From: Kofleriaceae bacterium | GTDB lineage: Bacteria > Myxococcota_A > Polyangia > Haliangiales > Haliangiaceae | Length of the DNA stretch: 47,119 bases | Assembly: GCA_046597055.1 (NCBI GenBank) | Contig: JBKJLC010000242.1 | Coordinates: 1 to 47,119 of the forward strand | Reading direction: 5' to 3' | Part shown: piece by piece, positions 10,222-20,416 of the stretch | Layout: each line of letters begins with the position of its first letter | Position numbering within the stretch: the first letter of the stretch is position 1 | Program-made: the position numbers and the translations under genes | The notes under the pieces: generated by a model | What the model was told of the DNA's origin: nothing | The model's input: only the letters and a program-made list of their open reading frames with translations | The model's database searches: none

Positions 10222-10827
10222 GTGATGTCCGCCATCGCCGAGCCCGTGAGCCGTGACGCCGCGCTGGCCTCGCGCTGCGTCGCCGGCGACCGACCGGCGC
10301 AGCGCGAGGTCTTCCAGCTCACCCGCGCGGCGGTCCACCACACGCTGTTCCGGATCCTCGGCTCCAACCAGGACATGGAGGATCTGCTCCAGGAGAGCTT
10401 CCTCGAGATCTTCCGCTCGATGGGTCGCTATGGCGCCCGCTCGAGCCTGGTGACCTGGTGCTGCGCGATCGCGACGCACGTGGCCTTCGGTCACCTGCGC
10501 GGGCGCAAGCGCCCGACCACCGAGCTGGCGACCGACCTGGTCGCCGGTGGGCCCGACGCCGAGCAGGTGACGCTGTCGCGCGAGGCCGCTCGCCGCCTGT
10601 ACGTCGCCCTCGATCGCATCGATCCGGTCCAGCGGGTCGCGTTCGCGCTGGCCGTGATCGACGGCCGGCCGCTCGCGGAGGTCGCCGTGCTGACCGATGC
10701 GTCCCTGTCCGCCGTGAAGACCCAGGTGTGGCGCGCTCGCAAGGAGCTCGACCGCCTGGCCCGCCGTGATCCCGTGCTTTCCGGATATGTCGCCGAGCTC
10801 GCCGCCGGCCAGGAGGAGTTGCCATGA
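10222..10827 (+). CDS. ECF-family RNA polymerase sigma factor
   Basis: Region 2 (EDLLQESFLEIFRS...SSLVTW) and region 4 (LAEVAVLT...AVKTQVWRARKEL). Confidence 0.9.
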   Translation: MMSAIAEPVSRDAALASRCVAGDRPAQREVFQLTRAAVHHTLFRILGSNQDMEDLLQESFLEIFRSMGRYGARSSLVTWCCAIATHVAFGHLRGRKRPTTELATDLVAGGPDAEQVTLSREAARRLYVALDRIDPVQRVAFALAVIDGRPLAEVAVLTDASLSAVKTQVWRARKELDRLARRDPVLSGYVAELAAGQEELP

Positions 10828-11798
10828 CCGCGCTCGGACCCCCGCCGGTCGAAGCGATGACTGACATCGCGTGGGCGCGCGTCGAGCGCGACCTGATGGC
10901 CGCGCTCGATCGCGAGCCGGTCGCCGTGGCCGCCCCGCCGCAGCGCACGCGCTGGTCGCGCGGCGTGATCGTCGCCGGCCTGGCGCTGTCGGTCGCCGCG
11001 GCGATCGCGCTGCTGTGGCCGCGCGCGCTGGCGACCCGACACGACCTGCCGTCGCGGGTGGTGACCGCGAACGCGCCGACCGCGGTCAGCTTCGGCGACG
11101 CCGAGATCACGATCGCGCCGGCGTCGGCGCTGGTCCTGGGCGGCTCGCAGGCCCAGGGCGTCGAGCTCGTGCTCGAGCGAGGCAGCGCGCGGTTCGCGGT
11201 CGCGCCGCGGCGGGGCCGCCCGCCCTTCGTCATCCACGTCGGCGCGGTCGACGTCCGCGTCATCGGCACCGAGCTCACCATCACTCGCACCGGCGACGCC
11301 GCCCGGGTCGAGGTGGTCCACGGCGTGGTCGAGGTCGTCGCGCACGGCCGGCGCGAGCTGCTGCACGCCGGTGCCTCGTGGAGCTCGGACCGGCTGCCGA
11401 CCGTGCCACCGTCGGCGCCCACCATTGCACCGACGCTGCCGGCCGTGGTGCCACCGGCCGCAGTGACGCCCCCGCCACCGGCCGCGACGATCGCCCCGAG
11501 GCAGACGCCATCGGCGCCGCCGGCGATCTCGGTCGATCCGCGCGCGGCCTTCGAGGCCGCGACCGCGCTCGAGTCGCGCGATCCGCACGCCGCGCTGCGC
11601 GCCTACCGCGCCCTGGCCCGCGGCGCCGGGCCGTGGTCGGCCAACGCTCTCTATGCCGCCGCCCGGCTCGCCTTCGATCGCGGCGACACCGCGCTCGCGG
11701 CCCGACTCGCCCGCTCGTACGTCACGCGTTTCCCCCATGGCGCCAACGCGACCGACGCCGATGCCCTGGTTCAGCGCACCCAAGGAGCCCCTCGATGA
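10824..11798 (+). CDS. FecR-domain anti-sigma factor with C-terminal TPR-like domain
   Basis: Single TM segment, LERGSARFAV...VRVIGT...VVHGVVEV FecR motifs, Pro-rich linker and YVTRFPHG TPR end. ATGA overlap with the sigma gene. Confidence 0.85.
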   Translation: MTALGPPPVEAMTDIAWARVERDLMAALDREPVAVAAPPQRTRWSRGVIVAGLALSVAAAIALLWPRALATRHDLPSRVVTANAPTAVSFGDAEITIAPASALVLGGSQAQGVELVLERGSARFAVAPRRGRPPFVIHVGAVDVRVIGTELTITRTGDAARVEVVHGVVEVVAHGRRELLHAGASWSSDRLPTVPPSAPTIAPTLPAVVPPAAVTPPPPAATIAPRQTPSAPPAISVDPRAAFEAATALESRDPHAALRAYRALARGAGPWSANALYAAARLAFDRGDTALAARLARSYVTRFPHGANATDADALVQRTQGAPR

Positions 11799-12664
11799 CC
11801 CGTTCTCGCCTGCCCCATGGCCTCGTCCTCGTTCTCGTGCTCGTGAGCACCTCGCTGATCGGCTGCGGCGGCAACGGCGCCGGCAACGGTGATGACGTCG
11901 CCGATGACGGCGACGGCGGCAGCGACGGCAACGACGGCGACGGGAGCGTCAACGACGGTGACGGCGGCATCGTGTTCGACGGCGGCATGGGCACCTGCAT
12001 GCCTGGCGTGCCCGAGTGCGCCGACGGCTGCGACAACGATGGCGACGGCTACCGCGACGGTGCCGATGTGGAGTGCACCGGCGCGCTCGACAACGACGAG
12101 TCGAGCTTCTCGACCGGCATCCCCGGCGACAACCGCGACTCGGTCAAGCAAGACTGTTTCTTCGACGGCAACAGCGGCTCCGGCGCCAACGAGGACTGCG
12201 ATGTCCACGTGTGCTGTCTGCTCGGCGCGGCCACCGTGGAGGCCTGCCCGATCGGCGCCAACCAGTACGTGCCGGCCGAGTGCGCGCAGCCCCAGTCGAC
12301 GACCTGCCAGAACTACTGCGAGGCGCTCACCCCGCCCGGCTGCGACTGCTTCGGCTGCTGCACGATCTGTGACCCGGCCACCGACGACTGCTTCGACATC
12401 ATCACCAACCCGCTGACCGCGCCGCTGTGCGACGCCTCGACCATCGGGGATCCGACCAAGTGCCCGGCCTGCGTCAAGCAGGAGAGCTGCAACAACCCGT
12501 GCGGCGGCTGCGTCCTGTGCCCGGGCCAGACCGTCGACGACCTGCCGACGACGTGCATGGGCGACGCGGTGTGCCCGGCCGGCTACCCCGAGTGCGGCGC
12601 CGGCGGCACCTGCGCCGAGGGCCGGTTCTGCATCAACAACTGCTGCGTCGACGCCATCCCCTGA
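11795..12664 (+). CDS. Cysteine-rich acidic lipoprotein
   Basis: LIGC lipobox, D/G-rich linker, [16 protein letters not shown]a-binding-like motif, 33 Cys in 289 aa. Confidence 0.85.
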   Translation: MTRSRLPHGLVLVLVLVSTSLIGCGGNGAGNGDDVADDGDGGSDGNDGDGSVNDGDGGIVFDGGMGTCMPGVPECADGCDNDGDGYRDGADVECTGALDNDESSFSTGIPGDNRDSVKQDCFFDGNSGSGANEDCDVHVCCLLGAATVEACPIGANQYVPAECAQPQSTTCQNYCEALTPPGCDCFGCCTICDPATDDCFDIITNPLTAPLCDASTIGDPTKCPACVKQESCNNPCGGCVLCPGQTVDDLPTTCMGDAVCPAGYPECGAGGTCAEGRFCINNCCVDAIP

Positions 12665-14036
12665 ACCGGGCCGGCACCCCGCCGAGCGCGACCAGCACCA
12701 GCAGCGCGCCGCCGATCGGGCCGCGCGGGTCGCCACCGGCGGAGCAGCAGCCGCCGTCCTCGTCGTCGACGGCGAAGCAGGCAAAGCCCTCGTCACTGCC
12801 GGCGACGCAGCTGAGCCCGCCGGGGCACGCGGTCCCGATGGGCCAGCACGGCTGGGTGCACACCTGCTGCTCGGCCTGGGCCCCACACTGGCCGGAGGCG
12901 CACTCGTCATCGGCGCCGCAGGCGTCGGCGAGCGCGCCGGTGCCGGCCGGCGCCAGGCACCGGCCGGCATCGCAGGTGGAGCCGTCGGGGCACGCGCTGT
13001 CGCCCATGCACGCGGCCCCCTTCTGGACCGTGAGCGTCGACGTCGCGCGCTGGCCGAGGTCGTCGTAGACGCGGATCTCGAGGTCGAGCACGCCGTCGGG
13101 CAGCGACGCCGGCGTGCGCAGCTCGTAGGGCGCCGCCGACTGCTTGCCGGGCACCTCGACGGCCTTGGCGCCGTTGACCCACAGCTCGACCACCGCCGCC
13201 GGGCGGCCGGCGACCCCCACGAACACCGAGAACGTCCGCGGCACGCTGGTGGCCGGTGCTGGTGCCAGCACGGTGAGCACCGCGGGCGCGGGCGCCGCGC
13301 CGGGTCCGATCACGTCGTTCAGGTGCTGGTGCGAGCTCTGCCGGACCGAGCACCGGCAGGGCCGGGGCCCGGTGAACTCGCCGCACTCGACGGTCCGATT
13401 GAGGAAGATCTTGGGCCCGCAGCCGCCGAGATAGGTCATCGGGTCGCGGCAGTCGAACTCGTGATCGAGCCCAAACGTGTGGCCGGCCTCGTGGGCCGTG
13501 GTCGCGCACAGCTCGGCGATCAGGTTGTCGCCCATCACGTGCGTGTTCGCGAACGCGAACGCGATCGCGCTCGGGATCCGCGAGCAGTCGTTGGCCAGCG
13601 GCGCGATCCCGAGCGTGTTGCCGGCCAGCCCGAACGCGTCGGCGGTCCCGGCGACCATCACCTCGATGTGGGCGCCGACTGGCGGGTCAGTGACGACCTC
13701 GACGTCGTAGAGCGCGTAGGTCGCGCGCACGCACCCGACCACCGCGTCCCAGGTCGCCTGGTCGTGCCCGAACGGCTCGAGGGTCACCGAGGCGGGCAGC
13801 CGGTCGCGGCCCAGGATCGACGAGGTGTCGGCGAACGCATCATCGCGCCCCGCCGCCACCGTGCATCGACCGGCGCAGCGGTTGAGATAGATCACGTTGG
13901 GGCCGGCGTGCCACAGCCCGGCCGTCGACGGCTCGACCACCACGTAGTCGACGTCGCGCGGTTCCGCCGGCGGCGCCGCCCCGGCGACCGCAGGCACCAG
14001 CGCGACCGCCATCACGAGACTCCATGCGACGCGCAT
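12633..14036 (-). CDS. Zinc metalloprotease (metzincin) with Ig-like domain, Cys-rich repeats and MYXO-CTERM-like anchor
   Basis: HEAGHTFGLDH zinc motif and DPM Met-turn; C-terminal GGCC...hydrophobic...RRR tail. Confidence 0.85.
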   Translation of the reverse strand: MRVAWSLVMAVALVPAVAGAAPPAEPRDVDYVVVEPSTAGLWHAGPNVIYLNRCAGRCTVAAGRDDAFADTSSILGRDRLPASVTLEPFGHDQATWDAVVGCVRATYALYDVEVVTDPPVGAHIEVMVAGTADAFGLAGNTLGIAPLANDCSRIPSAIAFAFANTHVMGDNLIAELCATTAHEAGHTFGLDHEFDCRDPMTYLGGCGPKIFLNRTVECGEFTGPRPCRCSVRQSSHQHLNDVIGPGAAPAPAVLTVLAPAPATSVPRTFSVFVGVAGRPAAVVELWVNGAKAVEVPGKQSAAPYELRTPASLPDGVLDLEIRVYDDLGQRATSTLTVQKGAACMGDSACPDGSTCDAGRCLAPAGTGALADACGADDECASGQCGAQAEQQVCTQPCWPIGTACPGGLSCVAGSDEGFACFAVDDEDGGCCSAGGDPRGPIGGALLVLVALGGVPARFRGWRRRSSC

Positions 14037-14128
14037 CCGCCGAAGGTAGCACCCTCCATCGGCGGCTGGCCCGCAACCCTGGATGCCCGCCGGCTGACCC
14101 GCCGCAGGGATCCAGCTACCGTGCCCCG

Positions 14129-15085
14129 GTGCTGACCGCCGAGCTCGATCCACGCCTGTCCGCGCGCGTGGTCCGCCGCGTCGCGCTGCACTACCAGGGC
14201 GGCGCCGACCCGGCGCTCGACCGACCCGCGCACGTGCGCGCCGCCAGCGGCCTGACCTGGTGGCGCGGCCGGCTGGCGGTGGTGTCCGACGACGCCAGCT
14301 TCCTCGGGCTGGTCGATCCGGTGACCGGGTTGACCGAGCCGTACCCGCTGCCGCCCGGGCCCGGCGGCCTCCGCCAGTTCGATAGCGGACGCGGCAACAA
14401 GGCGCACAAGCTGGATCTCGAGTCGGTGTGTGTGTTCGAGGACGCGCTGTGGGCGTTTGGCTCCGACAGCGGGCTGGCCGCGCGCCGACGCGCCGCGGTG
14501 CTCGACCGCGGCCAGGCCCGCGTCGTCGACCTGCCCCGGCTCTACGCCGCCTTGCGTCATCCGGCGCTCGGCGCCGGCGAGCTCAACCTCGAGGCCAGCG
14601 CGGTGCTCGACGACCAGCTGGTGCTCGGCAACCGCGGCGGCGACGTCGGCCCCGACGGTCGCCCGACCCACGACGGCCTGGCCCGGTTGCCGCTGGCCGC
14701 GCTGGCCGCGCTGCTCGCCGCGCCCGAGCTCGCATCCGCGCCCGCCGTGCACTGGCAGCTGCTCGCGCTCGGCGCGCTGGACGGGGCCGCGCTGCGCCTG
14801 ACCGAGCTCGAGCCCTGGGGCCGCGTCCTGCTCTACGCGGCCACCGCCGAGGCCACCACCAGCGCGTACGACGATGGGGCGGTCACCGGCTCGGCGCTCG
14901 GCGTGATCGCCGGCACCCGGGCGCGCTGGACCGCGGTCGTCGACGAGCACGGCGCGCGGCTGCCGGCCAAGATCGAAGGCCTCGCGGTCCACGGCGATCG
15001 CGTGCTCGCCACCGTGGACGCCGACGACCCCGACCGTCCATCCACGCTGCTCGAGCTGGTGCTCGATGGCCCCTGGGCGTCCTGA
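14129..15085 (+). CDS. Conserved hypothetical protein, probable beta-propeller (DUF6910/DUF6929-like)
   Basis: HVRAASGL, KLDLES, LNLEA and KIEGL repeats typical of propeller blades. Confidence 0.65.
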   Translation: MLTAELDPRLSARVVRRVALHYQGGADPALDRPAHVRAASGLTWWRGRLAVVSDDASFLGLVDPVTGLTEPYPLPPGPGGLRQFDSGRGNKAHKLDLESVCVFEDALWAFGSDSGLAARRRAAVLDRGQARVVDLPRLYAALRHPALGAGELNLEASAVLDDQLVLGNRGGDVGPDGRPTHDGLARLPLAALAALLAAPELASAPAVHWQLLALGALDGAALRLTELEPWGRVLLYAATAEATTSAYDDGAVTGSALGVIAGTRARWTAVVDEHGARLPAKIEGLAVHGDRVLATVDADDPDRPSTLLELVLDGPWAS

Positions 15086-15118
15086 TCGATCCTCACCCGA
15101 CGGAGCGCACGTGGGCGG

Positions 15119-16201
15119 TCAGGCCTTCTTGCGGCCGAACATGCCGTCGAGCTTGTGGCGCAGGCCGCGCAGGCGCTCGCCGATCGCGGTCGGCTCTTCG
15201 AGCGGGAACTCGGCGATCGGCGTGATCGTCGACGGGTCGCCGGTGCGAAAGCCAAGGCCCATCGAGGCGCGGGCGTCGTTCACGGTCTTGGCCAGGGCAG
15301 CGTGGAGATCCTTGCGAAGCTGGACCTTCTTGAGCGCAGTCCCGATCTGGCGGGCGAACTCGCGCGCCGACGGGAACCGCTGCTCGGGGCGCGGCGACAG
15401 CGCCCGGTGGATCAGGCCGGCGAAGTCGGCCGGCACGTCGGGGCGGAGCGGCCGCAGCGGCTGCACCTGGCACTCGCGCAGCCGCACGTAGGTCTCGTAG
15501 TCGTTCTGGCCATCGAACAGCTTGCGACCGACCAGCGCCTCCCACATCACCGAGCCGACCGCGAACTGATCCGACGCCGGGATGGGCCGGCCGCCGCTGA
15601 CGATCTCGGGCGAGAGATACGACATCTTGCCCTTCACCACGCCGGAGTCGGTGGTCTCGGCCCCGCGGTCGGGCGCGAGCGCCAGGCCGAAGTCGATCAG
15701 CTTGACCAGGCCGCGGGTGGTCAGGAGGATGTTGTGGGGGCTGACGTCGCGGTGGACGACCGGCCGCACCTCGCCGTCCTCGATCCGCTCGTGGGCGGCG
15801 GCCAGCCCGCGCAGGATGCCGATGCCGATCGCCGCGACCAGCTCCCAGCGCGGCCCCTCGCCGCGCGAGTAGTGCCACTTGGTCCAGCTGCCGAGGTCGA
15901 CGCCCTCGATCCACTCGAGGACCATGTAGAAGTTGCCGTCCTCCGCGATGAAGTCGCGGACCTCGGCGAGGTTGGGCGAGTCGAGCCGCGAGCCGAGCCG
16001 CGACTCCTCGACGAACATCTCGACGTAGTTGGGCTGATCGGCCAGCGCGGGGTGCATCTGCTTGACCGCGACCACGCGGCGGAAGCCCATGTCGCCCTCG
16101 AGCTCGGCCCGCCAGACGTCGGCCATCCCGCCACGACCGGCGACTTCGATCAGTCGGTACCGCCCGCCGATCAGGTCACCCGGCTGGGGCGGCTCCGCCA
16201 T
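15119..16201 (-). CDS. Cytoplasmic Hanks-type Ser/Thr protein kinase
   Basis: GRGGMADV, VAVK, HRDVSPHNIL, DFG and GKMSYLSPE. No TM segment. Confidence 0.93.
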   Translation of the reverse strand: MAEPPQPGDLIGGRYRLIEVAGRGGMADVWRAELEGDMGFRRVVAVKQMHPALADQPNYVEMFVEESRLGSRLDSPNLAEVRDFIAEDGNFYMVLEWIEGVDLGSWTKWHYSRGEGPRWELVAAIGIGILRGLAAAHERIEDGEVRPVVHRDVSPHNILLTTRGLVKLIDFGLALAPDRGAETTDSGVVKGKMSYLSPEIVSGGRPIPASDQFAVGSVMWEALVGRKLFDGQNDYETYVRLRECQVQPLRPLRPDVPADFAGLIHRALSPRPEQRFPSAREFARQIGTALKKVQLRKDLHAALAKTVNDARASMGLGFRTGDPSTITPIAEFPLEEPTAIGERLRGLRHKLDGMFGRKKA

Positions 16202-16315
16202 CCCGGGACTATCGCACGACGAGCGTGGTCGGGGCCAACGCGGGGCTGACCCAGCGCACGCCCGGTCGCCCGGGCTCAGGATCGCGCGCGGTGCGGCGCC
16301 TTCGCACCGCTGCCC

Positions 16316-17197
16316 TCACGAGGTCAGGTCCTTGCGGGCAAACACGACCAGGCCGGCGAGGAAGAACCCGGCGGTGAGCCCGCCGCACCAGGCGACGTCG
16401 GTCCACAGCCGGTCGTGATCGACCGTGCTCCCGAGCGGGTGGTACCAGCGATACACCTCGTGCCAGAAGCTCATGTGGGTGGTCGGCAGGAGCTGCTTGA
16501 ACCCGTCGCCCATCAGCTGCTCGGGCAGGCGCTGGAGCACCGACGACATGAAGAACGCGCCCAGCGCGCCGACGTGGGCGACCACCGGGTTGTCGGTCAG
16601 CGCCGACAGGAACATCGCGAAGCTGGCGATCAGCGCCAGCGAGGCGCCAGTGCCGAGGCTGGCCAGCAGCAGCAACGACGGCCAGTCGCCGGGCTCGATC
16701 ATCCAGTAGCCCTGCGTCTTGTACTCCCACAGGTAGATGAGCATCCCGCCACCGCCGTACGCGACATGGCCGACCAGCAGCGCCAGCGCGACCAGGAAGA
16801 AGATGACCAGCTGCATCCACACCAGGGTCGCGGTGGTCTTGGCCAGGTAGACCGCGATCCGCGACGGCGGACGCACCAGCAGCGCGCGCAGCGTGCCATC
16901 GCGCGCCTCGCCTGCGAGCTGGCCACCGGCGAGCGTCGCGGCCAGCAGCGGCAGCACCGCGAAGAAGCCGATGTTGAGGACGAAGTTCGCGTAGAACGGG
17001 CCGTTCATGTAGAGGCTGCGCTCGAGCTTCAGCCCCATCACGCCCCGGCCCTTGACCTCGGCCCAGCCGAACCCGAACAGCACGACGATGCAGAAGATCA
17101 GGCACAGCACGAAGCCGATGTACGACGACGGCCGCCGGTAGAGCTTGAACAGCTCCCAGCGCAGCAGCCGGAAGAAGCCGCGCAAGATGACGCTCAC
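16316..17197 (-). CDS. ABC-2-type exporter permease
   Basis: LLRWELFKL, AGEARDGTLRALL and FARKDLTS; multiple TM segments. GTGA overlap with the ATPase. Confidence 0.88.
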   Translation of the reverse strand: MSVILRGFFRLLRWELFKLYRRPSSYIGFVLCLIFCIVVLFGFGWAEVKGRGVMGLKLERSLYMNGPFYANFVLNIGFFAVLPLLAATLAGGQLAGEARDGTLRALLVRPPSRIAVYLAKTTATLVWMQLVIFFLVALALLVGHVAYGGGGMLIYLWEYKTQGYWMIEPGDWPSLLLLASLGTGASLALIASFAMFLSALTDNPVVAHVGALGAFFMSSVLQRLPEQLMGDGFKQLLPTTHMSFWHEVYRWYHPLGSTVDHDRLWTDVAWCGGLTAGFFLAGLVVFARKDLTS

Positions 17198-18129
17198 CCC
17201 GCCTCCGCGGCAGCCTGGCCACCGACCAGCGACACGAAGACCTCCTCGAGCGTGGGCGCCTCCGCGACGATCTCGTCGACCTTGACGCCGGCGGTGACCA
17301 GGCGCTCGACCAGCTCGGCCGGCGCCAGGGTGGCCGCGGCGAGGTGGAACCGACCCGGCTCGATCTCGACGACGGCGCCGTGCTCGGCGAGCACGCGGGC
17401 GGCGATCTCGGCGGGCCGGGCGTGGATCCGGATCCGGCGCCGCTCGGCGAGTAGCGCCTTGACGTGGCCCTCCCAGCAGGTGCGGCCCCGCGCGATGATG
17501 GTCGCGCGGTTGCACACCTGCTCGACCTCGGCGAGCAGGTGGCTCGACAGCACCACGGTGATGCCGTCGTCGTCGGCCAGGCTGCGGATCAGCGTGCGCA
17601 TGTCGCGGATGCCCATCGGGTCGAGGCCATTGGTTGGTTCGTCGAGGATGATCAGCTCCGGACGCGGCAGGAGCGCGACCGCGATGGCCAGACGTTGCTT
17701 CATGCCGTGCGAGTAGATCCGCACCGGGTCGTCCGCGCGATCGCGCAGCCCGACCCGCTCGAGCACCTCCTCGCGCCGGCGGGCCGGGGCCCCACCGGCG
17801 AGCGCGGCCAGCATGCGCAGGTTGTCGGCGCCGGTGAGATAGCCGTACACCGACGGCGACTCGACGATCGCGCCGACCCGGCCCAGCACCGCGCGATCGC
17901 GCAGCGAATGCCCGAACAGCTCGACCCGGCCGCCGGTGGGCCGGACCAGCCCGAGCAGCATGCGCAGCGTGGTGCTCTTGCCGGCGCCGTTGGGACCGAG
18001 GAAGCCATACACGTCGCCGCGCTCGACCGCGATCGACAGCCGGTCGACCACCGTGCGTTGGCGGTAGCGCTTCGACAGCTCGTGGGTGGCGAGGACAACC
18101 GGGCCGGGCAACGCCTCCGTGTAGCGCAC
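17194..18129 (-). CDS. ABC exporter ATP-binding subunit
   Basis: GPNGAGKST, YSHGMKQRL, ILDEPTNGLDP and SSH motifs. Exact start uncertain. Confidence 0.93.
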   Translation of the reverse strand: MRYTEALPGPVVLATHELSKRYRQRTVVDRLSIAVERGDVYGFLGPNGAGKSTTLRMLLGLVRPTGGRVELFGHSLRDRAVLGRVGAIVESPSVYGYLTGADNLRMLAALAGGAPARRREEVLERVGLRDRADDPVRIYSHGMKQRLAIAVALLPRPELIILDEPTNGLDPMGIRDMRTLIRSLADDDGITVVLSSHLLAEVEQVCNRATIIARGRTCWEGHVKALLAERRRIRIHARPAEIAARVLAEHGAVVEIEPGRFHLAAATLAPAELVERLVTAGVKVDEIVAEAPTLEEVFVSLVGGQAAAEAG

Positions 18130-18171
18130 GGCGGCGCCGCGTGCACGTCGGTTCCGATACCATCCGCGCCG

Positions 18172-19260
18172 ATGTCACGCCGTCCCGTCCTCGCCGCGCT
18201 CGCCCTGCTCGCCGCCTGCGGGGCCGACGCCCCCGCCCCTGACCTGTCGTTCGAGTCGGCCGGACCGCACCCGGTCGGCGTGGTCGCCCGCGAGGCCGCG
18301 ATCGGCCGGTCGCTGCGCTACCTGGTCTGGTTCCCGACCGAAGCCGCCCGCGCCGCCGAGGCCGCGGCCGGCGTCCCCATCGAAGCGCTCGCGCCCGCCG
18401 TCGAACGGGCCGGCTACGCCGCGCTCCTGGCCACCGCCAGCGCCGACTGTCCGACTCGCACCGCGCACGCCGCGCTGGACGCTCCGGTCGCCGCTGGCAC
18501 CTGGCCCCTGGTCGTCGTCTCGCACTGCCACGAGTGCACCGCGTTCTCGTCCGCGACCATCGCCGAACGGCTGGCCAGCCACGGCTTCGTGGTCGCCGCG
18601 GTCGAGCACGACGGCAACACGCTGTGGGATCAGCAGGACGGCACCGGCGCCCCGCTCGACACCGCGACGCTGGCGCTGCGGGTCGGCGACGTCCGGGTCG
18701 TGCTCGACGAGCTGCTCGCGGGAGCCCTGCCCGGCGGCACCCTCGATCCGGCCCGGGTCGGCGTGTTCGGTCACAGCTTCGGGGCGGTCACCGCCGGCAT
18801 GGTCGCGATGGACGACGTCCGGGTCCGGGCCGCGTTCGCGCTGGCGGCGCCGATGGAGAACCCGCTGCTCCCCGGGGTGAGGATCGCGTCGCTCGCCAAG
18901 CCGCTCGGCTTCCTGCTCGCCGGCGAGGACAACTCGATCGGCGAGCTCGGCAACCTGCTGCTTCGCAAGAACTTCGACGAAGCGCCGGGGCCAGCCTGGA
19001 AGCTCGAGATCGCCGACGCCGGTCACTGGTCGGTGTCCGATCTGGTCGGCGTGATCCCCGGCTTCGCGCCCGGCTGCGGCCCCGGCACGCGCCAGACCGA
19101 CGGCCAGCCGTTCCGCTACCTCGGCGCCGCCGCCGGGCGCGCGATCGCCGCCGCCCACGTGACCGCGTTCTTCGCCGCCACGCTCGACGACGACACCGGC
19201 GCCCGCGCCTACCTCGAGGCCGGCCGCCCGAGCGGCACGGTCACCGCCGCCGCGCGCTGA
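18172..19260 (+). CDS. Alpha/beta-hydrolase lipoprotein (PAF-acetylhydrolase/dienelactone hydrolase-like)
   Basis: LAAC lipobox, [20 protein letters not shown] nucleophile elbow and AGH. Confidence 0.85.
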   Translation: MSRRPVLAALALLAACGADAPAPDLSFESAGPHPVGVVAREAAIGRSLRYLVWFPTEAARAAEAAAGVPIEALAPAVERAGYAALLATASADCPTRTAHAALDAPVAAGTWPLVVVSHCHECTAFSSATIAERLASHGFVVAAVEHDGNTLWDQQDGTGAPLDTATLALRVGDVRVVLDELLAGALPGGTLDPARVGVFGHSFGAVTAGMVAMDDVRVRAAFALAAPMENPLLPGVRIASLAKPLGFLLAGEDNSIGELGNLLLRKNFDEAPGPAWKLEIADAGHWSVSDLVGVIPGFAPGCGPGTRQTDGQPFRYLGAAAGRAIAAAHVTAFFAATLDDDTGARAYLEAGRPSGTVTAAAR

Positions 19261-19348
19261 GCCGCAGCAGGTTTCCCCGCCGGTCCTCGTGCCGCGCGCC
19301 GCACCACCGCTCCACCGGCACCCGAGGGCCGACTGCTACGATGCGCGT

Positions 19349-19663
19349 GTGCCGAACAGCCATCTCGTGGTCCACGTGCATTGCCAGGTCCGCCCCGAGC
19401 ACGTCGATGCCTTCGTCATTGCGACCCTGGCCAACGCCCGCGCCAGCGTGCTCGAGCCGGGCATCGCGCGGTTCGACGTGATCCAGGATCGCGAGGATCC
19501 GACGCACTTCGTCCTGCTCGAGGTCTACCGGACCCCGGACGCGCCGGCTGCGCACAAGGAGACCGGCCACTACCAGCGGTGGCGCGACGCCGTGGCGCCG
19601 ATGATGGCCACGCCGCGCACCGCCCGCCGCTACGTCATGCTCCACCCTGCCGACGAGACCTGA
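19349..19663 (+). CDS. ABM-family (antibiotic biosynthesis monooxygenase / LsrG-like) protein
   Basis: [18 protein letters not shown] and [11 protein letters not shown]. Confidence 0.85.
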   Translation: MPNSHLVVHVHCQVRPEHVDAFVIATLANARASVLEPGIARFDVIQDREDPTHFVLLEVYRTPDAPAAHKETGHYQRWRDAVAPMMATPRTARRYVMLHPADET

Positions 19664-19710
19664 TCTGATCTGACCCGCCGGTGCCAAGCGGGGAGAGCTG
19701 CCGGTCGCGC

Positions 19711-20322
19711 TCAGCGCGGCTGCCGAGCGAAGAACGTGAGCGTCGGACCGCCCGCGGGCAGCGTCGTCGCGTCCGCGACCTCGAAGCCACAGCGGCGATA
19801 GAACGTGTGGTTCTTCGCATGGGTCGACTCGAGCCAGGCGAGCGTGCGGGTCGCGTCGCACCGGTCGAGCACCGGCGCGATCACCCGCGGGCCGAGGCCT
19901 CGGCCCTGGTGGGCGGGATCGACGCCGAGCATCGAGAGATACCAGTGCGGCTCGGTCGGCGTGCCGCGGGTCATCGCCCGGAACAGCCGGAGACCCGCGG
20001 GGACGCGGCGACCGATCAGCCAGGCGAGCTGCGGGACGGCGCCCAGCAGCGTGCGCGTCGGCAGCTCGTGCTGACCGGGCGGCGACCAGATCGCCGCGGC
20101 CGCGCCGGAGATCATCCACGAGCTGTCCTGCCCGAGGTACGCGCGCGCCAGCATGATCTCGATCAGCCGGGTCATGCGCGCGATCCGCGGCCTCGCGTCC
20201 GGAAACACGTGGATCCAGCCCGGGTCGTCCGCGAGGGCGCGGGCCAGCACACCGGCGGCGCCGCCCACGCCGGCCCGGTCGAGCTTTGCAGGCGGCGAGC
20301 GATCCTCGGACGGCGTGGTCAC
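19711..20322 (-). CDS. GNAT-family N-acetyltransferase
   Basis: HWYLSMLGVDPAHQGRGLG, WLES and NHTFYRRCGF. Confidence 0.88.
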   Translation of the reverse strand: MTTPSEDRSPPAKLDRAGVGGAAGVLARALADDPGWIHVFPDARPRIARMTRLIEIMLARAYLGQDSSWMISGAAAAIWSPPGQHELPTRTLLGAVPQLAWLIGRRVPAGLRLFRAMTRGTPTEPHWYLSMLGVDPAHQGRGLGPRVIAPVLDRCDATRTLAWLESTHAKNHTFYRRCGFEVADATTLPAGGPTLTFFARQPR

Positions 20323-20416
20323 GGTGGTGAGGTACCGCGGGCCCGGCGACCCGGGCAGCCGCACGGGCCGGAAATCCGCGCCCGCCGCGATCGCGGCCGC
20401 GGCGGCCGCACTCCGA

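Noticed and set aside
19661..19675. TGATC-TGATC-TGACC micro-repeat
   Set aside because: Three short units at a stop codon, compatible with chance.
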